Positions 40,071 to 50,804 of a stretch of DNA of 64,000 bases are shown one piece after another; the first letter of the stretch is position 1, and every line of letters starts with the position of its first letter. Source of the DNA: Pirellulales bacterium (GTDB lineage Bacteria; Planctomycetota; Planctomycetia; Pirellulales; JAEUIK01). A program made the translations under genes and the position numbers. Below the pieces are notes generated by a model. That model worked only from the letters and a program-made list of their open reading frames with translations. It searched no databases and was not told where the DNA came from. The DNA is taken from the NCBI GenBank assembly GCA_019694435.1, contig JAIBBZ010000001.1, positions 461,508 to 525,507 of the forward strand. Direction: 5' to 3'.

Positions 40071-42598
40071 AAAAGGGCCAACGGGTTGCGGCGCTCTTCG
40101 AGCGTCCCGCGGGTCACGCCGAGACGATTGCTGGCCTGCAATTGTTGCCAGACTTCGCGACCCGTTCGCCGGCCCGCCAGCAGCTCGCGGTAGAGTTCGA
40201 TGATGTCGGCCAAACGCTGCGGCGTTTCGTCGTGCACCAGCTCGATCCGCAACTGGCGCACGCCGCGTTCGAGCAGGGCCGGCAAGATCTCGGCCGCGCT
40301 TTGCGGCACGGCATTGAACAGCGTGTTGCGGCAGCCGACGTCGGCCAAGAGCGGGTGTTCGCTGCCCACCCGATCGCGCAGCCGGACTTCGTGGCGATCG
40401 CAGGGGCGGCCGCAGTTCGTCGCGTTGGTGCCCGGCGAAAGCAAGGCACAAAACACGCAATGTTCCATGTGGAACATCGGCATGTGCTGATGGACGACCA
40501 CCTCGAACCAGGCCCCCGGCGCCGCGGCAAGCAGGTCGAGCGCCTGGTCGCGGTTCAAATCGTACGACATCGTGACCCGGCTCGCGCCGCGCTCGATCAA
40601 CGTGGCCGCCGTCAGTTCGTTGGCCACGTTCAGCGAGAAATCGGCAACACAAGCGATGCGCTCCGCGGCGAAATAGGCCAGGCCCGCCAGATTGCGGACC
40701 AAGAGAAAATCGGCCTCGTGCCGCGCGAGCACGCGGAAGATGCCTGCCTCGCCGGGTTTTTGGATCCGGGGCGTCGCCAGGCCGATCTGCGCCCCGACGG
40801 CTCGGGCCGCGGCCACGGCGTCGCGATACTGGCGAATGTCGGCGAAGTCGACCTCGACGTCGCGCTGGCCGGCGGCCAGCACGCCCTCGAGCTGCCGCAA
40901 CGACCGACAAAGCACCTGCAGCGTGGGCGCGTCGCCGATGGCCGACACGCACGTGGCGGGCAGTTCGCTGCGCAATTGTTCCAGCACGCCGGGCGGCGCG
41001 ATGCGCCGCGCAGGAGGATCGTCGAGCGAGCGGTCGAGCTGCTCGACCATCGCATGCCGGAGCTTACCCAACACCGACAGCGGCGCCATCGGCCGGCCGT
41101 CGATCCGGACCTCGAGCGAGCGCAGCTCGTAGGTCGTCTCGCCGAGCCGTCCCAGCTGCGCGCGCAACACCTCGGCGTCGAGCGGATGCTTGATCGCGTC
41201 AGCCAAGGGCGCTTCCGAAGTCACGTGGGCCTGCGCCCCGCTTGCGGCGCGGGCCGTGACGACGAGCACTCGCCCGACGCCCGCCTCGACCGTCACGTCG
41301 AGCGGCACGCGCCGTAGCGGTCGCGTACCGCTGAACGACTGCCGCAGCCGGCTGGTCAACTCGGGATCGTCGGTCTTCCACAACCGGGTGCCGGGCAGCA
41401 GACGCGCGAAATCGAGGCTGCCATACGCGAACCCCAGCTCGACGATGCCGCGATCGACCGGGTCCTGCTCGCGTTGGCCATCGCGAAAGACCTCATACAC
41501 GCGGCCGCCCATTTCTTCGCCGGCGACGCGGTCGCCGTCGAACACCACGCCGTCGCCCGGTTTGACGTGCGTGCGCAGCTCAACGACCACCCGTCCGCGG
41601 CGCACATCTTGGACGGTGCCCAACAGCACACCGCGCTTGGCACTCGAAGTCGCAGGCACGAGCCGCTTGTGATCGCAACCTTCGAGCCAGCCCGGCGAAA
41701 AGCCTCGCGAAAACGACAGCTCCATCTCTTCGACTTCCGCGGGACTGAACTCCAGCGGCTGGCCCGCGGCGGCCAGATCGATGGCCCGGCGATAGTGCCG
41801 GGTGATGTTGGCCACATACTCGGGCGTCTTCAACCGGCCTTCGATCTTCAGCGACGAGACGCCCGCCGCCAGCAGCTCGGGCACCAGGGCATATGCCGCC
41901 AGGTCCTGGGGGCTCAACAGGTAGCGCTGCGCGCCCAGCTCGACGTCGCGACCGTCGCACACCAGCTCGTACGGCAAGCGGCAGGCCTGCGCGCATTGAC
42001 CGCGGTTGGCGCTGCGCCCGCCGAGCGATTCGCTCGTCAGGCATTGGCCCGAGTAGGCCACGCACAGCGCGCCGTGGACGAACACCTCCAGGGGCAGCGC
42101 CGTCTGCCCACGAATCTGCTCGACCTCCGCAATCGACAGCTCGCGCGCCAACACGACTCGCTCGACGCCCAGCGCCTCGGCCATCGCGAGCGTCTCGGCG
42201 CTGGTCATAGTCATCTGCGTCGAAGCGTGCACGGCCATGTCGGGGCATACGGCCCGGACCAGGCGTACGGCGCCCAGGTCCTGCACGAGCACCGCATCGA
42301 CGCCGGCGGCGGCCAGTTGGCGCACGGTCGCTTCAAAGCCGGCCAGCTCGCCGGTAAAGACCAGCGTGTTCAGGGTGACGTAGCCGCGCACGCCGCGGCG
42401 CCGCAGATAGCGCATCACCGCCGGCACGTCGGCCAAGGCGAAATTGGCCGCCCGGGCGCGGGCATTGAACCCCGTCTGCAGGCCGAAATAGACCGCATCG
42501 GCCCCATTTTCGACCGCCGCGCGCACGCAGTCCCAATCCCCCGCCGGGGCGAGCAATTCGGGCACCTGGGTCCTCGGCGGGTTCGACATGCGGGCCAT
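40067..42598 (-). CDS. Fused double U32-family protein (peptidase U32 / RlhA-TrhP-UbiUV-type)
   Basis: U32 N-terminus is ELLAPAGDWDCVRAAVENGADAVYFG. The first Cys cluster is GALCVAYSGQCLTSESLGGRSANRGQCAQACRLPY. The second U32-like half has MEHCVFCALLSPGTNATNCGRPCDRH. Start is ATG 42598, or alternatively 42589. Confidence 0.85.
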   Translation of the reverse strand: MARMSNPPRTQVPELLAPAGDWDCVRAAVENGADAVYFGLQTGFNARARAANFALADVPAVMRYLRRRGVRGYVTLNTLVFTGELAGFEATVRQLAAAGVDAVLVQDLGAVRLVRAVCPDMAVHASTQMTMTSAETLAMAEALGVERVVLARELSIAEVEQIRGQTALPLEVFVHGALCVAYSGQCLTSESLGGRSANRGQCAQACRLPYELVCDGRDVELGAQRYLLSPQDLAAYALVPELLAAGVSSLKIEGRLKTPEYVANITRHYRRAIDLAAAGQPLEFSPAEVEEMELSFSRGFSPGWLEGCDHKRLVPATSSAKRGVLLGTVQDVRRGRVVVELRTHVKPGDGVVFDGDRVAGEEMGGRVYEVFRDGQREQDPVDRGIVELGFAYGSLDFARLLPGTRLWKTDDPELTSRLRQSFSGTRPLRRVPLDVTVEAGVGRVLVVTARAASGAQAHVTSEAPLADAIKHPLDAEVLRAQLGRLGETTYELRSLEVRIDGRPMAPLSVLGKLRHAMVEQLDRSLDDPPARRIAPPGVLEQLRSELPATCVSAIGDAPTLQVLCRSLRQLEGVLAAGQRDVEVDFADIRQYRDAVAAARAVGAQIGLATPRIQKPGEAGIFRVLARHEADFLLVRNLAGLAYFAAERIACVADFSLNVANELTAATLIERGASRVTMSYDLNRDQALDLLAAAPGAWFEVVVHQHMPMFHMEHCVFCALLSPGTNATNCGRPCDRHEVRLRDRVGSEHPLLADVGCRNTLFNAVPQSAAEILPALLERGVRQLRIELVHDETPQRLADIIELYRELLAGRRTGREVWQQLQASNRLGVTRGTLEERRNPLALL

Positions 42599-42671
42599 CG
42601 AATCGCGCAAAACCTTTGCGCGTAGCACTTCACGCCGTCGTGGACGGCTCGATTCCGGCCCCACTTCCAGC

Positions 42672-45302
<2,631 letters not shown>

Positions 45303-45608
45303 TTAGCGCACGGCACCCACCTTGAACCGCACGTCGACGATGCGTTCGTCGGGGAGTCGTCGGGCGAGTTCGTCGCGAATGCGTTGTTTCTGGAACACCA
45401 ATTCCTGCACCAAGGTCGAATTCGCCACGATCACCTCGATCGTGCCGCGGCGGATGCCCAGCACGCGCGTCGCTTTCCCGAATCGCTCACCTACCGCCGC
45501 GGTCCAGGCCTGGCTGTAGGCCGTCATCGCCTGCACTCGGCCGTATCCGCGACGGGCGAACAACTCTCCCAGCACGTCGCCTAGCGCTTGCGGCGGTCGG
45601 TTCGACAT
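45303..45608 (-). CDS. DUF721 domain protein (DciA-like)
   Basis: 101-aa ORF with the typical DUF721 layout (ALGDVLGELFARRGYG...AWTAAVGERF...RGTIEVIVANSTLVQELVFQK). It sits in the canonical position between dnaN and gyrB. Confidence 0.75.
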   Translation of the reverse strand: MSNRPPQALGDVLGELFARRGYGRVQAMTAYSQAWTAAVGERFGKATRVLGIRRGTIEVIVANSTLVQELVFQKQRIRDELARRLPDERIVDVRFKVGAVR

Positions 45609-45744
45609 TTGGGCTTCCTTTCCGCGTCGGCTCTTAGTTTCTCGACGTCGGTCTAGAGCGGCCCGACGCCTGGCCGCCGGCGGGGGGCAAACTTCATCCT
45701 CGCGACCGCCACGCTTCGGCCGGCATGCTCCCCAGTCAAACCGC

Positions 45745-46860
45745 TCAACGGTCGCGCGACAGGGGCATCAACAGGTAGCTGTAGCCATCGTCGACCTGGC
45801 ACACAACCGCCGCTTCGGCGTCTTTCAAATCGCAAACGAACGACTTTTCCGGATCGAGGACCTTGAGAAAATCGCTGAAAAATTTGGGGTTCAACGTGAT
45901 CGTGATTTCGGGGCCATCGTAGGCGATCGGCAACTCGACGCGCGACTGGCCCGTCTCGGCCGCCTGCGCGGTGAGCAGCAGCCGTCCGCCGCCGAAGGTG
46001 AAATCGACGCCGCTCGAATCGTCGGCCGCGACGATCGCCGCCTGGCGAATGGCCGCGTGCAACGGACCGACGATCAGGTCGATCTTCTGGCGATTGTTCC
46101 GATCAGGGAACACGTCGCGCCACTTGGGAAATCGGCCTTCGACCAGCCTCGAGAAAATCGTGACCCGCGGCGTCCGCACCAGAACGCCGTTGGGCTTCAC
46201 CGCCAGATGGACTTCGGCGTCGCCGTCTTGCACCGAGCGCTCGACGAGCGACATGGCGCGTTGCGGGATGATTGGGGCCGTCTCGTCGCTGCCGTGACCG
46301 TTCACCGCCTGCGCCGGGCCGCGCATCGTCGCCAAGCGCCGCCCGTCGGTGCCGACGGCAATGATCTCGCCGGGCAGCATTTCGAGCAGCACGCCCCCCA
46401 ACGCATAGCGGCTGCTTTCGTTGTCCGTGGCAAACACCGTTCGCCGCACCAGCTCGCGCAGCAGCCGCGCCGAGACCTCGTGATACTTGGTCTCGTTGAA
46501 GGCCATCACGGCCGGAAACTCTTCGGGATTCTCCGCCGGCAGGCGGAACTCGAAACGCTCGCCACGAACGAGCGTCCCGGTGCCGTCGGTCTCGAGCCGC
46601 AGGGTCTCGTCGTTGCTTTCCCGCAAGATCGAGCCGAACCGCCCGATGGGCAGGATCGCGCTGCCTTCGGCCGCGGCCTCGATGCCCTGCACGTCGACGC
46701 GAATGCCCACCTCCAGATCGGTAGCCAGCAATTCGGCCTTGCCGCCGCGAACGTCGAGCTTGACGTTTTGCAAGATCGGCTTGGGACTACGGCTCGGGAC
46801 CACGGGACTGGCCAACTGAAATGCGGCCAGCAGTTTTTCTCGACTGCAGGTGATTTTCAT
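45745..46860 (-). CDS. dnaN: DNA polymerase III beta sliding clamp
   Basis: Start at ATG 46860 (MKITCSREKLLAAFQLASPVVPSRSPKPILQNVKL). It has a three-domain length (371 aa) and a C-terminal YLLMPL motif. The upstream part of the listed 427-aa ORF is AT-richer and looks non-coding. Confidence 0.9.
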   Translation of the reverse strand: MKITCSREKLLAAFQLASPVVPSRSPKPILQNVKLDVRGGKAELLATDLEVGIRVDVQGIEAAAEGSAILPIGRFGSILRESNDETLRLETDGTGTLVRGERFEFRLPAENPEEFPAVMAFNETKYHEVSARLLRELVRRTVFATDNESSRYALGGVLLEMLPGEIIAVGTDGRRLATMRGPAQAVNGHGSDETAPIIPQRAMSLVERSVQDGDAEVHLAVKPNGVLVRTPRVTIFSRLVEGRFPKWRDVFPDRNNRQKIDLIVGPLHAAIRQAAIVAADDSSGVDFTFGGGRLLLTAQAAETGQSRVELPIAYDGPEITITLNPKFFSDFLKVLDPEKSFVCDLKDAEAAVVCQVDDGYSYLLMPLSRDR

Positions 46861-47248
46861 CGCTTCACTCTTCCGCCTGATGCCGCTGAACCGTGGGCCA
46901 TGCCGTAGGCGTCGACAGGGTTCGTTGCGGGTCTTGCCAAGGGTTTCGTCGTTGGTTGCTCTGTTGCTGCTGTAGTTCTGAATAAGAATGAGTAGTGGTA
47001 GTAATGGCCCGGCCGCGGGTGTCGACAACCGTGTGTCGGCCTGTGAAAAGTCGTTGAGGACCAGGCACTTAGCGCGCCAGATCGGGTGGGGATATCACGT
47101 TGGTGCAAAGTCCACCGGGTTGTCGATCGATGGGTCGCGGACAGCCGTGGTTGCGTGCGACACTCGATCATGCGAGGACCACGAACAGCGCCGGCGACAA
47201 GCGATCGACCACTTTTGCACGTCGCGTAAAAGAACAGGTTCGGTCGGC
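46861..47248. other. Candidate oriC (dnaA-dnaN intergenic spacer)
   Basis: 388-bp non-coding gap. It contains what I judge by eye to be the most AT-rich stretch in the window (46971-47007, tgtagttctgaataagaatgagtagtggtagtaatgg). GC-type DnaA-box-like motifs are TGTCGACAA (47020-47028), TTGTCGATC (47120-47128), CGTCGACAG (46910-46918) and AGTCCACC (47109-47116). Confidence 0.35.
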
Positions 47249-48457
47249 TCATGGACCTGTTCCCGTTGCCTGAAGGGCCGTGCGCAGCTCGCCGTAGGCT
47301 TCGCGGAGCACTGGGTCGGCCTCGACCGCGGCCGCGGCCTGGCGGCAGGCATGCATCACGGTCGTGTGATCGCGACGGCCGAAGTATTGGCCGATGGCCG
47401 CCATCGTGAAGGGTCCTTCCTCGCGTGCCAACAGCATGGCCAATTGCCGCGCGGCGCAGGTCGTGCGGCGCCGGCTCGGGCCGCGCAGATCGGCCAGCGT
47501 CAGGTGGAAACGCCGGGCGCACAGCCGCGCGATTTCCGGCAGTTTGACTTGCCGGCTCGCGCCTTGCGCCGCAAGCAGCTTGTCGATGGCCGTCACGTCG
47601 ATCATGCCGCTGCTGGCAAAGTCGAGCGTCATCAGCACGCCGCGCAGTTCCATGCAGGTTGTCCAGGGACCGGCTGCCAACCGTTCGACCGCCGCCGCCG
47701 ACAGCCGCAGCGCACGACGCTCGGCAAGCTCCCGTACCAGTTCTGCCTTGGCGGCCGGCCCGGGCAGCGCGATCGGCAGCACCAACCCGCCGCCCAGCCT
47801 GCTGCGCAGCCGCGGCGACAGCTCGCGCGAGTTCGCCGGCGATGCGGACGACGTGATGACGATGGCCCGGCGGCGGGCCGAAAGATAGTCGAGAATCTGG
47901 CAGAGCTGCTGTTGGGCTTCGACCTTACCTGCCAATTGTCCGAGGTCATCGAGCACCAACAGCGCCGCGGATTGCAAATCCTTGCGCCAGGCGGCGGTCG
48001 TATTGGTTTCGACCGCATCGGCGTACTGCCGCGCGAAATCGGCACCGCGAATCAAGACGGCACGCGGCGTGCCGGCTCGGCCAACCGGCCTGGCTTCGTC
48101 GCCCGTCGCGCCGAGACCGTGCTGCTGCGCAAACGCGGCGTACACGCCGAACGCAAGATGCGTCTTGCCCACGCCGCTGGGACCGTGCAGCACCAAGGCG
48201 CCGCTCCACCAGGGCTTGCCGCACACGGCGCGCAGGGCAATCAGCAGCCCGTGGTTTTCAGGACCGGCGACAAAATCGTCGAGCGGTTCGTCAGGCCCCG
48301 TGGCAGCGACCCCTGTCGCAACATTTGCAGGAGCAGCAGACGCCGACGGGGCGGCGCTGCGCGGCCACACGGCGCGGCGCCTGAACGGACCGGCCCAAGG
48401 GCCGGCCAGCGGCAGCGAAAACACGCCGGAGTTTGCGATGGCCAAGGGTCCGTCCAT
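47249..48457 (-). CDS. dnaA: Chromosomal replication initiator DnaA (short N-terminus, no recognisable domain I)
   Basis: Walker A is LHGPSGVGKTHL and Walker B is LLVLDDLGQLAGK. The box VII-like segment is LRSRLGGGLVLPIALPG. Domain IV has FGRRDHTTVMHACR. Start is ATG 48457, or alternatively 48520. An upstream in-frame stop caps the ORF at 423 aa. Confidence 0.85.
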   Translation of the reverse strand: MDGPLAIANSGVFSLPLAGPWAGPFRRRAVWPRSAAPSASAAPANVATGVAATGPDEPLDDFVAGPENHGLLIALRAVCGKPWWSGALVLHGPSGVGKTHLAFGVYAAFAQQHGLGATGDEARPVGRAGTPRAVLIRGADFARQYADAVETNTTAAWRKDLQSAALLVLDDLGQLAGKVEAQQQLCQILDYLSARRRAIVITSSASPANSRELSPRLRSRLGGGLVLPIALPGPAAKAELVRELAERRALRLSAAAVERLAAGPWTTCMELRGVLMTLDFASSGMIDVTAIDKLLAAQGASRQVKLPEIARLCARRFHLTLADLRGPSRRRTTCAARQLAMLLAREEGPFTMAAIGQYFGRRDHTTVMHACRQAAAAVEADPVLREAYGELRTALQATGTGP

Positions 48458-48601
48458 TCTCAGCTGACGAGGCCCTCTCACTTGACGAGCCCGTTTGGGC
48501 AGCCGCGGACACCGCGGCAAGCGGCTCCGCAGAGCCCTGCCAAGGGCCGTCCCACAGGCATCGTTCGAGGGTCTGAACCAGACCGCTGAATATACCGAAT
48601 T

Positions 48602-49813
48602 TCAGCCGTTGAAGCGACCGCCAACGGGCGTTTTTGCCGCAGTTTTTTCGTTGCGCAACTGCCGGCAAACGTTCAAGATACGCGCGGCGGCTTCGACCAT
48701 TTCTTCGCTCGTCGTTGCGCAGCCCAGACTGAACCGGAGCGACGAGTCGATTTCCCCCTCGGGACAGCCCATCGCCACCAGCGTCGGCGAGGGATCGCTC
48801 GACCCGCTGGCACACGCCGAACCGGTCGAGCAGGCAACTCCGACCAGATCGAGTTTGAGCAACAACTGTTGCCGGTCCAGGCCTGGAAACGACACGTTCG
48901 TCGTGTTCCCCACCCGCGCCGCCGCGAGGCCGTGAATCACCAGCTCCGGTTCCCCGGCCCGCAGTCGGGCCTCGAATTCCTCGCGCAAGCGCGTTTGTCG
49001 CGCAACCTCTACGGACAGGTTTTGCACCGCCGATTCGACCGCCCGATGGAAGCCCACGGCCAGAGCCACGTCTTCGGTGCCCGGTCGCAGGCCGAGCTGC
49101 TGCTGGCCACCGAACAACTGCGGTTCGAGCGGCACGCCGGCCCGCACGATCAGCACGCCGATGCCGCGCGGACCGGAAACCTTATGCGCCGTGGCGGTCA
49201 TCGCGGCCACGCCCAAGGCGCGAAAATCGAGCGGCAGCTTGCCGACGGCCTGTACCGCATCGGTGTGCACGAGCGTTCCCAGCGATGCGAGCCGGTCGAC
49301 AAGTGCTGCCACCGGCTGCACGACTCCCGTCTCGTTATTGACCAGCATCAAGCTGGCCAGACGCGGAACCGCGCCGGGCGGATCGGGCGCCGCGAGTTGC
49401 TCGATCGATTCGAGCTTGACGAGGCCGGTTCGCGCCGCGGGCAGCCGTTCGACTTGGTGACCGCGCCGTGCCAATTCGTCGGCCGCGCGCGAAACGCTGG
49501 GGTGCTCGATCGCCGATACGACCACGCGCGCCGGCGGCGCTCCGGCCAGGCCGAAAAGCGCCAGATTGTTCGCCTCGGTGCCGCCGCTGGTGAAAATCAA
49601 GCGGTCGGCGTCGCGGCCCGTGATCTGCGCGCCCAGAAGCTGGGCCAGACCCTCGCGGGCATCTTCTAGCGCAGCGCGCGCCCGGCGACCGGGGGCGTGC
49701 TGGCTTTCCGGGTTGACGTAGCCCTCGGCGTAGCAACGGGCCATCGCCTCGGCGACGTCGGCTGCCAAGGGCGTCGTGGCGTTGTAGTCGAGATAGATCG
49801 TCCGGGCGTTCAT
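48602..49813 (-). CDS. Cysteine desulfurase (NifS/IscS, class V aminotransferase)
   Basis: Start at ATG 49813 (MNARTIYLDYNATTP). The PLP lysine lies in TATAHKVSGPRG. The active-site Cys loop is CSTGSACASGS. Confidence 0.9.
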   Translation of the reverse strand: MNARTIYLDYNATTPLAADVAEAMARCYAEGYVNPESQHAPGRRARAALEDAREGLAQLLGAQITGRDADRLIFTSGGTEANNLALFGLAGAPPARVVVSAIEHPSVSRAADELARRGHQVERLPAARTGLVKLESIEQLAAPDPPGAVPRLASLMLVNNETGVVQPVAALVDRLASLGTLVHTDAVQAVGKLPLDFRALGVAAMTATAHKVSGPRGIGVLIVRAGVPLEPQLFGGQQQLGLRPGTEDVALAVGFHRAVESAVQNLSVEVARQTRLREEFEARLRAGEPELVIHGLAAARVGNTTNVSFPGLDRQQLLLKLDLVGVACSTGSACASGSSDPSPTLVAMGCPEGEIDSSLRFSLGCATTSEEMVEAAARILNVCRQLRNEKTAAKTPVGGRFNG

Positions 49814-50040
49814 CACAACGGCGATTATAGACCCCCGGCCATGCCGGCGGCCTTTGGCGCTGACAGCAAGAGCGCAGCGGAATGCATTACGCAACCCTTT
49901 GCTGGGACAGGCCTTCTGTCCAGTTGTCGAGATGCGATCCGGCCCCGCACGACTGGCGTTGCTTCGTCGTTGTCGCCGGTCTTATCATCTCGCGGCTTGG
50001 CACCGTGCCCGACCGACGATCGGCGGGCAATCCCACGAGA

Positions 50041-50682
50041 ATGCGCAGCGTCCCCATGAGCGGCATGCTCCGATTGCTGGTCATGCTTTTGTGCCTGGTG
50101 GCGTTGCCTGCCTTGGCCATCTGCGGGGCGCCCGTCTCGAAACTGTTCCGGCCGCTGGTGAATTGCGATTGGCAGAAAGAGGCCGAAACTTTCGTCAAGC
50201 GATTCAAGAAAGCCTGGAGCGATGCGTCGGTCGAAGAGCCGATTGAACTCGAGCCGCCTGCAGCCGTTGATCCGCCCTCGACTCTGAAACCCGAGACCAT
50301 CGCGGCGGCGCCTCAACCGGCCACCGGTGAGCTGGCCCTGGCGTCGCACACCGCGGACGCCTTGCCCCCGCCACACGGCGGCCAGGCGCAGCGTGCACAG
50401 GGCAATTCGCCCGGCGCGATCCAGCCTCCGGTGAGTTTGTCGGCCGCCGACGCCGATCCGTTTCAGGCTTTGCAACGGCAATTGCGCGATTGGGGTGCGA
50501 CGTACTACAAGCTGGAGACCTGGGGCGCCGGCGGCGAACTGTATCACTTCCATTGCCGGATGGCGATCGATCGCCAGGGTCTGGCCACGCGCCATTTCGA
50601 GTCGACGACGGCCGACCCCTTGGCGGCCATTCAACAAGTCGTTCGCGAGGTCGAAGCCTGGATCGCAGCCGGCCGGCAGTGA
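50041..50682 (+). CDS. Secreted hypothetical protein
   Basis: ATG 50041 gives the signal-like MRSVPMSGMLRLLVMLLCLVALPALAICG. A Pro/Ala-rich linker is followed by a roughly 70-aa C-terminal domain (DPFQALQRQLRDWGATYYKLETWGAGGELYHFHCRM...). I recognise no family. Confidence 0.5.
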   Translation: MRSVPMSGMLRLLVMLLCLVALPALAICGAPVSKLFRPLVNCDWQKEAETFVKRFKKAWSDASVEEPIELEPPAAVDPPSTLKPETIAAAPQPATGELALASHTADALPPPHGGQAQRAQGNSPGAIQPPVSLSAADADPFQALQRQLRDWGATYYKLETWGAGGELYHFHCRMAIDRQGLATRHFESTTADPLAAIQQVVREVEAWIAAGRQ

Positions 50683-50804
50683 TCCACGCTCGGCGCTGCG
50701 AAATCTTTGCCGCACGCACGGCGCGGCACTTGCGTCGGCGGTGGCGTGGCGTAGCTTGACGTTTCCCCCCTGACCCTCGCGATGCACGAACTCTGCGATT
50801 TCAA

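Noticed and set aside
39438-40952. 504-aa ORF extending rdgB far upstream
   Set aside because: RdgB/HAM1 similarity starts at GTG 40070 (VTTTPLILVLGTTNAGKF). The upstream 294 codons are Arg/Pro/Gly-rich and overlap the U32 gene, which has real motifs in a different frame.
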